Source: an uncultured Flammeovirgaceae bacterium (GTDB lineage Bacteria; Bacteroidota; Bacteroidia; Cytophagales; Cyclobacteriaceae). Taken from it: a stretch of DNA of 40,000 bases. Each line of letters starts with the position of its first letter. Position 1 is the first letter of the stretch. Location of the stretch: positions 23,633 through 63,632 of the forward strand of contig CAJXAT010000002.1 of NCBI GenBank assembly GCA_913050055.1, read 5' to 3'. Positions 27,623 to 36,360 of the stretch are shown one piece after another. The translations under genes were made by a program, and so were the position numbers. Under the pieces are notes generated by a model. The model was not told where the DNA came from. It worked only from the letters and a program-made list of their open reading frames with translations, and ran no database searches.

Positions 27623-28552
27623 CTAATTTTTGTTTTCAGCCTCCTCTTGGGCCTTTTGGGCAATCTCAGAGGTCAATACTTGCTCTAAAGATGATATCGC
27701 AGATACGTTAAAGAAGCCAACAGGATGAATAGCTGAGTTCACATCCTCATTCATCAAATTAGTTGACACATTTGAAAATGGTTGCGCAAACAAAGCCCCA
27801 AATCCACCCGAACGAACCGTTTGAATCTTTACTTCATTAAGAAAATAAAAAGCCGACTCACTGATAGAATATATTTCGACATAGATCGTATCTCCAATCG
27901 AATAAGGTGGCTCCTCGTCTGTGTCAAAAGGATTGATCAATTCTTGTATTGGTTGAATAAATACCTGACCATCTATGTTCCCCCCTGCACTGAAACCTGC
28001 ATCATAGGCGATGTTTATTTCACTTGCCTTATTGAGATATACTCCATTTTTCCAAGCTTTTATCCAATAGGTATTTCCCACTCCCGCTAAATCCGTAGCT
28101 ACTACCTCAGCCAAATAATAATCCTCTGCTGTAGAAAAGTCTTCCTCTTGATACTTAAAGGTAATTGAATCTATAGGGGGCACTGGGTTCATTTCTGAAG
28201 TTCCACTAAACCGTATTCCATCAATGGATACATTCAGCTGATAAGAAGTCCCCACTTGCAGAAATGAGGTACTTAAAGAATCCCCCCAGACATATCCTCC
28301 CTCTGTTTCTTCGAAATCGTATCTATTTCCATCTTCATCGGTCAAATAAACTTTGGCTCCAGAAAGAAGTTTCGGAAGCTCGGACATGAAATAATTATTG
28401 GATTTAGATAAAAATATCTTTTGGCTCCCGGGCAAATCATTCAGCCATGCATCTACCACATATTGTTCTAGACTAGGTTCAAGTTCAGGATAGATGATGT
28501 TCTCACAAGCAAAAAAAGCAAAAGCAATGAGCAAAATAAATATTTTTTTCAT
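27623..28552 (-). CDS. DUF4249-like lipoprotein (partner of the upstream TonB-dependent receptor)
   Basis: 309 aa with a lipoprotein signal (AFAFFAC). It lies 3 nt downstream of the receptor gene, the arrangement typical of DUF4249 proteins. The family call rests mainly on context and size. Confidence 0.5.
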   Translation of the reverse strand: MKKIFILLIAFAFFACENIIYPELEPSLEQYVVDAWLNDLPGSQKIFLSKSNNYFMSELPKLLSGAKVYLTDEDGNRYDFEETEGGYVWGDSLSTSFLQVGTSYQLNVSIDGIRFSGTSEMNPVPPIDSITFKYQEEDFSTAEDYYLAEVVATDLAGVGNTYWIKAWKNGVYLNKASEINIAYDAGFSAGGNIDGQVFIQPIQELINPFDTDEEPPYSIGDTIYVEIYSISESAFYFLNEVKIQTVRSGGFGALFAQPFSNVSTNLMNEDVNSAIHPVGFFNVSAISSLEQVLTSEIAQKAQEEAENKN

Positions 28553-28555
28553 TCC

Positions 28556-30943
28556 CTAAAATTTAAAGTTGTAAGAAAAAGCAGGCACAAAAGAACCAAT
28601 GATAGAAATTTGAGAAGCCATGGTCTCTACGGGCTCATCAATAGGCTGCCTATCTGAACCTTGAGAAAACATGATGGCAAATGGATTCCTTCTGTTATAA
28701 ACATTGTAAACAGAAAATACGAAATAGTCAGTATTCTTTCTGCCTTTCTTACCAAAATATACATTGTCCCAAGTAACCGAAACATCCAATCTATGATAAT
28801 CAGGTATGCGAACATTCCCGCGCTCATTTTTTAACAATGGAATGACATAACCTTGTTGTGAAAAGCGATCGTTGGGAAAGGTAGTTGGCGTTCCTGAGAG
28901 ATAGCTAAAAACACCTGAAAGGGTTATTCTGTCATTGATTTGATAATTATTTGTGATTTTTAAATTATGCCTTTGGTCAAATCTATTGGGATACCATTGC
29001 CCTTTTCTTTCAGCCATATCTGTGCCATAATTAACGCCATCGATCTTCAACTCCGATTTTCCTAGAGTATAACTGATCCAACCATTGAAGCGCCCACGTG
29101 TTTTTCTCAAATACAGTTCCAATCCATAAGCCCGGCCATCACCTGAAAGCAGGTCCCCTTCCAAAAACTCATTGATCAAGATATCGGCACCATCAATATA
29201 GTCAACCTGATTTTTATTCCATTTATAATAAACCTCTGCAGAAGTTTCAAACAAGTTCCCCTGCAAATTCTTAAAATATCCCACAGCAATCTGATTTCCC
29301 GTCTGAGGTTTGATATTATTGGTACTTGGCTGCCAAACGTCAATAGGTGTTGCCGCTACCGTATTAGAAATCAAATGAATGAATTGATTCATTCGGTTGT
29401 AGCTCCCCTTAATCGAACTCGTAGGATTCAAGGTATAACGGAGAGAAGCTCGAGGTTCTAAAGCCTGATAATGAGCAATGGTTTCCATGTTATCGTGTGA
29501 CTGTGTTCCAATCCATGGTTTTCTTTCTCCGGGAATCGCTGTACCATAAGAATAAGAATTACCTCCACCTAAATAAAGAAAAGAAGATATTCTAAGACCA
29601 TATTGGATACTTAAACGGTCATTGATTTTTTGATTATTCCCAAAATAAACTGATGTCTCAAGAGATTTCTTTTTGTCTAGACTGATATCTGAAATAACCC
29701 CATCACTGACTCCAATCGCATTGGCAGGTTCAAATTCATAGAACAAAAATTCTGCTCCAAAAACAATCTCATTTTGGGTATTAAGGAAATAATTAAATTC
29801 AGGTTTAAAGTCATAATTCTTAATATTTGATGACCAATCGAATGTATCTGAAGCATCATCACCAAAACTAAATCCATAATCATAATCAGAAAATACGCCA
29901 GTAAAATTGGAAAATAATTTATCGCTAAAAAGGTGATTCCATCTAATCGTTCCTGTTTGATTACCCCAATCAAAGCCTTGTCGTTCATCAAACTTGAATA
30001 CATCTCGACCAAAATACCCGGATAAATAGACCCTATTTCTGTCATCTATGTCCCAATTTGCCTTTGCTGTTAGATCATAAAAATACAACGCCGCTCCATT
30101 GTCAAAAGCGTCTGTAAAGGGTTTTGCTAACACGTCCACGTAAGACCTTCGGCCTGCCAGAATAAAGGATGCTTTTTCCTTTTTAATCGGGCCTTCAACC
30201 GAGAATCTACTAAAAACAGTTCCAACACCTCCATTAAATTCAGAACCTTTATTATTCCCCTCCTTCATCCTTATATCCAGAATCGATGCCAACCTTCCTC
30301 CATAACGAGGAGGAATACCCCCTTTATATAATTTAACGTCTTTAACTGCATCCGGATTAAACACGGAAAAAAAACCAAATAAATGTGAGGTTTGATATAC
30401 TGGAGCTTCATCCAAAAGCACTAAATTCTGGCCGGAACCACCGCCTCGCACATTAAAACCAGAGGCTCCTTCACCCACTGTACTTACCCCAGGTAACAAC
30501 TGAATACTTTTAATGATATCTACTTCTCCAGCAAAAGTGGGTACTTTCAATATTGATTTGATATCTAGCTTAGCTGTACTCATCTCTACATCGCTGATAT
30601 TGGCATCTTCACGATTTGCGGACACCACCACCGAATTCAACTCCTTTTCAATCTCAACAAGTTCAATATCAAGACGCATATTCTCTGTCAGCGTCAAAAC
30701 CATATTCTGCGTATTAAAACCAACATATCTGAATTCAACGTCATAAGTGCCTGGAGTAACACTCAAAGAATAGAAACCATACACATTGGTAACCGCTCCA
30801 CCTTCCACTTGTTTGATGTATACTACTGCCCCAACAAGAGATTCCCCATTGGCTGCATCGCTAATTTCACCACTTAAAGTGACCATTTGCTGCGCAGACA
30901 ACCAACTGACATTGAAGAATATAATTAAAAAAAGTAGCCTCAT
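28556..30943 (-). CDS. TonB-dependent outer-membrane receptor with an N-terminal carboxypeptidase-regulatory-like domain
   Basis: 795 aa with a signal peptide. It has a CarboxypepD_reg-like N-terminus (TLSGEISDAANGESLVGAVVYI) and a plug region (IKSIQLLPGV, NVRGG). The beta-barrel ends in ...SYNFKF. Confidence 0.85.
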   Translation of the reverse strand: MRLLFLIIFFNVSWLSAQQMVTLSGEISDAANGESLVGAVVYIKQVEGGAVTNVYGFYSLSVTPGTYDVEFRYVGFNTQNMVLTLTENMRLDIELVEIEKELNSVVVSANREDANISDVEMSTAKLDIKSILKVPTFAGEVDIIKSIQLLPGVSTVGEGASGFNVRGGGSGQNLVLLDEAPVYQTSHLFGFFSVFNPDAVKDVKLYKGGIPPRYGGRLASILDIRMKEGNNKGSEFNGGVGTVFSRFSVEGPIKKEKASFILAGRRSYVDVLAKPFTDAFDNGAALYFYDLTAKANWDIDDRNRVYLSGYFGRDVFKFDERQGFDWGNQTGTIRWNHLFSDKLFSNFTGVFSDYDYGFSFGDDASDTFDWSSNIKNYDFKPEFNYFLNTQNEIVFGAEFLFYEFEPANAIGVSDGVISDISLDKKKSLETSVYFGNNQKINDRLSIQYGLRISSFLYLGGGNSYSYGTAIPGERKPWIGTQSHDNMETIAHYQALEPRASLRYTLNPTSSIKGSYNRMNQFIHLISNTVAATPIDVWQPSTNNIKPQTGNQIAVGYFKNLQGNLFETSAEVYYKWNKNQVDYIDGADILINEFLEGDLLSGDGRAYGLELYLRKTRGRFNGWISYTLGKSELKIDGVNYGTDMAERKGQWYPNRFDQRHNLKITNNYQINDRITLSGVFSYLSGTPTTFPNDRFSQQGYVIPLLKNERGNVRIPDYHRLDVSVTWDNVYFGKKGRKNTDYFVFSVYNVYNRRNPFAIMFSQGSDRQPIDEPVETMASQISIIGSFVPAFSYNFKF

Positions 30944-31330
30944 TGATAGTAAAAAAGTAAAAGTAATTATGGTTTCTGGCTTGTTTGTATTTATCGGGCA
31001 ATACTAATATTTAAAATTACCATGACTAAACTTTAGCTCAGTTAATTTAAAAAGAGGAATTTAAACATTAACCAAAAGACCAACATGAACATTTCATAAT
31101 TTTTGATCTTATTTAATAACAAAGGAACAAACACATCTTTAGCTGTCATAGTGCACTCAAAGAGCTGGATTTATTTTATTTGATGAAATCATATTACTCG
31201 CAATCAATAGCAATAATGCGTAGGTTGACATTACGACAAGTATCAAAAGAAGTTGGATTTTTATCATTTTCCTTTACCGTTTTTTTCTTCCCTCTTTTTT
31301 TTAAGCCAATTAATTCGTATGGCTGATTTC

Positions 31331-31384
31331 AAAAAAAAGGCATCCCACCACAGAAGTAGTAACTCCAAACCCTATTCCTAAATG
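31331..31384. repeat. copy A of a degenerate ~55-nt intergenic motif (A8-GGCATCCCACCACAGAAGTAGTAACTCCAAACC...CTAAATG)
   Basis: Shares an exact 10-mer (ATCCCACCAC), the 5' A-run and roughly 70% identity (hand alignment) with 31664-31718. Confidence 0.6.
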
Positions 31385-31663
31385 ACTCAACCAAAAGTAA
31401 AAAAGCAATTTAATAGACTAATCCAAAAGGTTTCGAAGTATCTAAATATCAACCTCAACGGTTCAAATATAATTATAAAGTAGTTAAAACGAGAAAAGGA
31501 GAAGTCTATCAGATTGTAAGAATATTGACTCTTAAATCATGGTTTATTTTAATCATGTGAGCAAATAATATGGAAGGATATAGATTAAATGGCCCTCTCA
31601 AAAAGTCCAGAAGTTTTTACTCTTTAATCAACTACCACCACATCTCGCTTTAATCGAAATCAC

Positions 31664-31718
31664 AAAAAAAGATATCCCACCACTGAAGAAGCATCTCCAA
31701 AACCATCTAGCTAAGATG
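31664..31718. repeat. copy B of the degenerate ~55-nt intergenic motif (A7-GATATCCCACCACTGAAGAAGCATCTCCAAAACC...CTAAGATG)
   Basis: See copy A. The cores lie 332 nt apart in the same orientation. Confidence 0.6.
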
Positions 31719-31867
31719 GCCCTTCAAGACGGCTCTTTCAAAAACACTGTAATCAAATACTTATTTCTTGATATGAACTCCGAAAATAATAATGTCAGTT
31801 ACTTGATACGATTTATCAACTCTTCCAAAAAAAACTCCTTTAAGGATGCCTTCTGGGATTTAGGCAA

Positions 31868-32827
31868 TCAAGAAATTAATTTTTTAATAATTAATTCAGC
31901 ATGCTCACGAGAATTCTCAATAAACCATTTGTTTGTTTTTAGGCCTCCGCAAATAACCCCAGCAAGAAAAATACCTGAGACATTGGTTTCCATAGTTTCA
32001 GAATTATGAACAGGCGTTCGATTGACATCTGTTCCTATCTTTACCCCCATAGAAGTTAAAAAATTAAAATCTGGCTGATAACCTGTCATTGCAAGAACAA
32101 AATCATTGACAAGAGTGATCTCACCCTCGGGTGTCTTAATGTCAATCTCATCCTGTCGAATCTCGGTAATCGTTGACTCAAAATAGGCTTTTATGGCTCC
32201 TTCCTCAATTCTATTTATAATATCTGGCCGAGCCCAATACTTCACATTGGACCCAATTTCAGCTTCTCGAACAATCATCGTTACCTTTTTTGCCCCTCTT
32301 CTGTAGGTATCTAAGGCAGCATCCACTGCCGAATTAGCGGATCCGATAACCGCTACATTCATTCCAAAATAGGGATGTGCCTCCTGATAATAATGCTCCA
32401 CTTTAGAAAGGGATTCGCCAGTGATATTTAACAAAAATGGCAAATCATAAAAGCCTGTTGCCACAATAATTGAGGCCGCTTGATGCGTAGCTTTTGTCGT
32501 CTTTATTTCAAAAAGTTGATTGCCCTTAACGACACTGACGATTTCTTCATACAAATTAACCTTTAAATCCCAAACAAGTGTTACCCTTCTGTAGTATTCT
32601 AAGGCTTCGGATCTCGTAGGTTTGGGACTGTTTGAAATAAAGGGGACTTCCCCTATTTCTAATCTATCTGAAGTAGAGAAGAAGGTCATGTTTGCCGGAT
32701 AATGATAGATTGAATTAACCAAAGTCCCCCGATCTACAATCAAGTTACTCAACCCTGCCTTTTTAGCCGCTATGGCACAAGCAAGGCCAATTGGACCCGC
32801 TCCAATAATCAAACAATCTACTTTCAA
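31868..32827 (-). CDS. ypdA: YpdA-family putative bacillithiol disulfide reductase (FAD/NAD(P) oxidoreductase)
   Basis: 319 aa with the dinucleotide motif IIGAGPIGLACA and YpdA-like IYHYPANMTFFS. It overlaps the upstream gene by 4 nt. Confidence 0.8.
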   Translation of the reverse strand: MKVDCLIIGAGPIGLACAIAAKKAGLSNLIVDRGTLVNSIYHYPANMTFFSTSDRLEIGEVPFISNSPKPTRSEALEYYRRVTLVWDLKVNLYEEIVSVVKGNQLFEIKTTKATHQAASIIVATGFYDLPFLLNITGESLSKVEHYYQEAHPYFGMNVAVIGSANSAVDAALDTYRRGAKKVTMIVREAEIGSNVKYWARPDIINRIEEGAIKAYFESTITEIRQDEIDIKTPEGEITLVNDFVLAMTGYQPDFNFLTSMGVKIGTDVNRTPVHNSETMETNVSGIFLAGVICGGLKTNKWFIENSREHAELIIKKLIS

Positions 32828-33405
32828 AATCGATATAATTTATGGGGTGTAATACAATAATCTAACGCAATATCATGCGCCTCGACATACGGAATTAAAT
32901 CAACTGGACCACTCAGGCATAATCCTATCTTTTGAACCTTAAGATGGCTGATTTCGGCCAATAACTCATCATAATAGCCTTTTCCGTAGCCAATCCTATT
33001 CCCTTTCTTATCCACAGCTAACAAGGGTACGAGAATCGCTTGTAAATCATCTAAAGCAGCAGAAGCCTGATGCACCGGTTCTGGAATACCATAGCGATTG
33101 ATTTGGATTTTATCGGTCGACTCATAAGTATGATGAGACATACTCCGATTTTGAAAATCTGTCTTGGATATCAATACCTGACGTCCGCAGGACCAAGAAG
33201 CTTGAATGATGGTTTGTGTCTCCGGTTCTTTGTTTTTGCCTATGGCGAGATAGGTGTGAAAATATTGAATATTAAGATTTTCCATCAAAGCTAAGCAAAG
33301 GTTTTGAATCTGCTGATTACGCTCGATATACACCTGAGCATCGAGCATCTTTCGATACATTAAAAAATGCTTTCTTAATTCCTCTTTTGAACTTATTCCT
33401 CCCAA
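32824..33405 (-). CDS. 5-formyltetrahydrofolate cyclo-ligase
   Basis: 193 aa with KEELRK...R and the family motif GNRIGYGKGYYD. Confidence 0.75.
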   Translation of the reverse strand: MGGISSKEELRKHFLMYRKMLDAQVYIERNQQIQNLCLALMENLNIQYFHTYLAIGKNKEPETQTIIQASWSCGRQVLISKTDFQNRSMSHHTYESTDKIQINRYGIPEPVHQASAALDDLQAILVPLLAVDKKGNRIGYGKGYYDELLAEISHLKVQKIGLCLSGPVDLIPYVEAHDIALDYCITPHKLYRF

Positions 33406-34949
33406 AACAGATAAAATGAAAATTCAAAGGGTTCAAATTCATCCAATAGCTCCTTAATTAGCGCTGTATTATTAAAATAAAAGTTTAAATAGTTTTCGCT
33501 ACGTTCTTGAAGAACCCCGTTCGGAAATAATCGATCCTTAATCCCCTCTATCTGTGTGAGTGCTGTTCGGTGATTTTTTTCTAAGGATTTTTTAAGCTTT
33601 TTCTCAATATGCGCTAACGCCTTTATGGCTTTCGCTTCTTCTGAGCCGATATAACCTCCCAAAGATTGATCAATCATTTCCACTTTTATTTTTATCGATT
33701 CAAACAAATCACTGAATGACTGCTTTTGATCATTTAGATTAGGTTGATACGTACTTGTCCGACTTAAATAATCTGCTTTCAATTGTTGTTTGCTTCGAAA
33801 GAGTTGCTCATTAGCTATGCCTAATTTTTTTGCCTTTTTTGCTGTGGTCTGATTAATAATCATCCCGAAATTTCGAGGCATTAAAACAGGAAAACTCATC
33901 TTGTAGTAATCAAAAACTCCTTTTAATTGTAGCCAATAAATGATCTCTGCTGACCCTCCTAAATAAGCTATATTGGGTAATATAACCTCTTGATAAACGG
34001 GTCTCATAATCACATTGGGACTGAACCTCTCTGGATAATGGTCAATCTCTGAAAGAATTTCCCGCTTGGTAAATTTAATGTCTGAGTTCACCACACTGAA
34101 ATTTTCGCCATCAGAAATAATACGTCTCCGAAAATCATCGAGATAGAAAAAGTTGATGGGCCTACTAAATGCTTGTGACTTGTAACCTAAATCGATCAAT
34201 TGCTCATTGGTCTGTTTTACCCTCTGATGCGTATTTTGATTGAGGATATCATCCTTCATTATAGGTGCAAACTGGGCCTTCAATTGAGGATCATCACCAT
34301 CAACCACGATCAGGCCTTCAGATCCAAAGAGTTCATTTACGTAAAATCGCACTGAATCTGCTAAAGTTTTAAATCGACCATAAGCTTTTTCAAATAACTC
34401 GACGTTCTCACGTACCTGATCCAGCACCTCAGTTAATGAAGAAGGATCAAATCTTCCTACTGCACCGGTTTGTTCGGTAGTCCATTGATATTTCTTACCA
34501 AACATATTGAAATAGCTAATTTCTTCAAAATCATGGTCTTCAGTAGCCATCCAATAGACGGGAATAAAATGATAATCAGGATAATGTGCCTTAAGCTTTT
34601 TTGATAAATTAATGGTAGTGATTAGCTTGAATAAAAAATAAAGAGGTCCTGTAAATATGTTTAACTGATGACCTGTAGTGACGGTGAAGGTACGCGCTTC
34701 TGAAAGGCTTTGAATGTTCTCCGAAAGTTTTGATACACAGGTCAAGCCGTCATACTGACGCTCTAAAGCATCTACAAGCGTCTTTCTATTTGCCGGACTA
34801 AAGGCTTTATTAGTGATTGCAGATTGAAAGGATTCAATTTTAGGCTTCCACTCATAAAATTCTTTCAACGCATCTTGTCCCTCAATATAATCTAAAAACA
34901 TCTTTGAAAAAGAGCCTACTTTTCGTAACGATAGATGTGTTTTTTTCAT
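33393..34949 (-). CDS. bshC: bacillithiol biosynthesis cysteine-adding enzyme BshC
   Basis: 518 aa. The BshC-like N-terminus (FSKMFLDYIEGQDALKEFY) and GHQLNIFTGPLYFLFK are present. Confidence 0.85.
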   Translation of the reverse strand: MKKTHLSLRKVGSFSKMFLDYIEGQDALKEFYEWKPKIESFQSAITNKAFSPANRKTLVDALERQYDGLTCVSKLSENIQSLSEARTFTVTTGHQLNIFTGPLYFLFKLITTINLSKKLKAHYPDYHFIPVYWMATEDHDFEEISYFNMFGKKYQWTTEQTGAVGRFDPSSLTEVLDQVRENVELFEKAYGRFKTLADSVRFYVNELFGSEGLIVVDGDDPQLKAQFAPIMKDDILNQNTHQRVKQTNEQLIDLGYKSQAFSRPINFFYLDDFRRRIISDGENFSVVNSDIKFTKREILSEIDHYPERFSPNVIMRPVYQEVILPNIAYLGGSAEIIYWLQLKGVFDYYKMSFPVLMPRNFGMIINQTTAKKAKKLGIANEQLFRSKQQLKADYLSRTSTYQPNLNDQKQSFSDLFESIKIKVEMIDQSLGGYIGSEEAKAIKALAHIEKKLKKSLEKNHRTALTQIEGIKDRLFPNGVLQERSENYLNFYFNNTALIKELLDEFEPFEFSFYLFWEE

Positions 34950-34956
34950 GATTAAA

Positions 34957-36273
34957 CTAGGCTTTTATGGGTTTTGCATATAAATCAAAAGCCGATGCAG
35001 ATGTGATGACTACTTCACAAAAATCTCCCACCCTAAGATAACCATCATCCGAATTTATAAGTACTTCATTATCCACTTCAGGCGAATCATGCTCGGTACG
35101 TCCCACATATTGGCCTCCCTCAAACCGATCAATCAACACGCGGTATTTTTTCCCCACTTTTTCAGCATTTATTTCTTCGGAAATCTCCTCTTGTAGTTCC
35201 ATAATTGCCTCTAAGCGTTTTTGCTTTACCTCATCGGGAACATCATCTTTCATCGTATAAGAGTGAGTATCCTCCTCATGAGAATAGGTAAAGACACCTA
35301 ATCTCTCAAATCTATTTTTTTCAACAAAGTCCATCATATCCATAAATGCTTCTTCTGTTTCGCCCGGATGCCCAACGATCAGCGTAGTTCTAATGGCAAT
35401 TTTAGGAATTTTCTCTCTTATGTGATTCAAAAGAGCCTCTGTTTTCTCCCGAGTCGTACCTCTTCTCATCAATTCAAGCATACGCGTTGATCCATGCTGT
35501 AAGGGTATGTCCAGATAATTACAAATATTATTCCTCTTGGCCATCACATCCAAAACATCCATCGGAAATCCACTAGGAAAGGCATAGTGAAGCCTGATCC
35601 AATCAAGGCCTTCGACATCTGCCAACTGATTCATCAAATCAGCAAGCGCTCTTTTTTTATAGATATCTAGGCCATAATAAGTTGAATCTTGAGCGATTAA
35701 TAAAATCTCTTTGGTCCCATTTTTCACTAAATTCTTTACCTCCAAAAGAATCTCTTCAATGGGTTTTGAAACGTGCTTCCCACGCATCAATGGGATAGCG
35801 CAAAAGGTGCAGGGTCGGTCACAACCCTCGGATATTTTCAAATAAGCATAGTGGTTAGCCGTTGTAGTAATACGTTCCCCCAACAATTCATTTTTATAGG
35901 TAGCATTGAACCTTTTAAGGAGTAAAGGAAGCTCCATGGTACCAAACCAGCCATCCACATTTGTAATCTCTTTTTGAAGTGCTACTCTGTAGCGCTCCGA
36001 GAGACAGCCCGTGACAAAAACTTTCTCCACGATCCCCTCCTCTTTGGCATCTGCATACCTCAATATCGTATCGATCGATTCTTGCTTTGCATTATCAATA
36101 AACCCGCAAGTATTGATTACCACTATATTGGCATCATCCCTTTCTGACTCATGGATGGTGTCAATTTGGTTGCCTTTTAATTGGGTCAACATAACTTCTG
36201 AATCGACAATATTCTTGGAACACCCAAGTGTAACGATGTTCACTTTATCCTTCTTTCTTCCTTTGGTCTTCAC
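34957..36273 (-). CDS. rimO: ribosomal protein S12 methylthiotransferase RimO (radical SAM)
   Basis: 438 aa with N-terminal VNIVTLGCSKN, the radical-SAM motif CDRPCTFCAIP and a C-terminal TRAM-like region. The start codon is GTG at 36273. Confidence 0.9.
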   Translation of the reverse strand: MKTKGRKKDKVNIVTLGCSKNIVDSEVMLTQLKGNQIDTIHESERDDANIVVINTCGFIDNAKQESIDTILRYADAKEEGIVEKVFVTGCLSERYRVALQKEITNVDGWFGTMELPLLLKRFNATYKNELLGERITTTANHYAYLKISEGCDRPCTFCAIPLMRGKHVSKPIEEILLEVKNLVKNGTKEILLIAQDSTYYGLDIYKKRALADLMNQLADVEGLDWIRLHYAFPSGFPMDVLDVMAKRNNICNYLDIPLQHGSTRMLELMRRGTTREKTEALLNHIREKIPKIAIRTTLIVGHPGETEEAFMDMMDFVEKNRFERLGVFTYSHEEDTHSYTMKDDVPDEVKQKRLEAIMELQEEISEEINAEKVGKKYRVLIDRFEGGQYVGRTEHDSPEVDNEVLINSDDGYLRVGDFCEVVITSASAFDLYAKPIKA

Positions 36274-36293
36274 AAAATAATATTAATTTTTTA

Positions 36294-36301
36294 CAAAGCT
36301 A
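36294..36301 (-). promoter_or_regulatory. candidate -7 box (TAGCTTTG) for the rimO-bshC-5FCL-ypdA operon
   Basis: Exact TAnnTTTG match on the minus strand, 20 nt upstream of the rimO GTG. Confidence 0.35.
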
Positions 36302-36346
36302 ACACAAATGGAGTCGCTTAAGCATCCAAGATGAGCATCCATTCAC

Positions 36347-36354
36347 TAACTTTG
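36347..36354 (+). promoter_or_regulatory. candidate -7 box (TAACTTTG) for the divergent lipoprotein gene
   Basis: Exact TAnnTTTG match ending 6 nt before ATG 36361. Confidence 0.3.
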
Positions 36355-36360
36355 TAAATA

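Noticed and set aside
30944-31156. Possible riboswitch (cobalamin, TPP or another class) in the 5' region of the TonB-dependent receptor gene
   Set aside because: I looked on the minus strand for a B12-box-like GCCACTG/AGYCMGG element or a TPP CTGAGA...ACCTGAT core and found neither. The region is too AT-rich for the usual GC-rich riboswitch helices. Only a covariance-model scan could settle this.
31827-31852. Possible terminator after ypdA (minus-strand AAGG-CAT-CCTT followed 7 nt later by T8)
   Set aside because: The stem is only 4 bp with a 3-nt loop and is separated from the U-tract. That is too weak to annotate as a terminator.
31716-32009. 97-aa plus-strand ORF at the edge of the ORF desert
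   Set aside because: Its second half is antisense to the well-supported ypdA C-terminus. The first half is low-complexity (N/S/K-rich) with no start context. It is probably spurious, although the non-coding part is covered by the ORF-desert finding.
33008-33016. Perfect DnaA-box 9-mer TTATCCACA
   Set aside because: It is a single occurrence inside the 5-formyl-THF cyclo-ligase coding sequence. I saw no cluster of boxes and no adjacent AT-rich unwinding element. One hit in 40 kb on two strands is compatible with chance, so it is not evidence for oriC despite recF being nearby.
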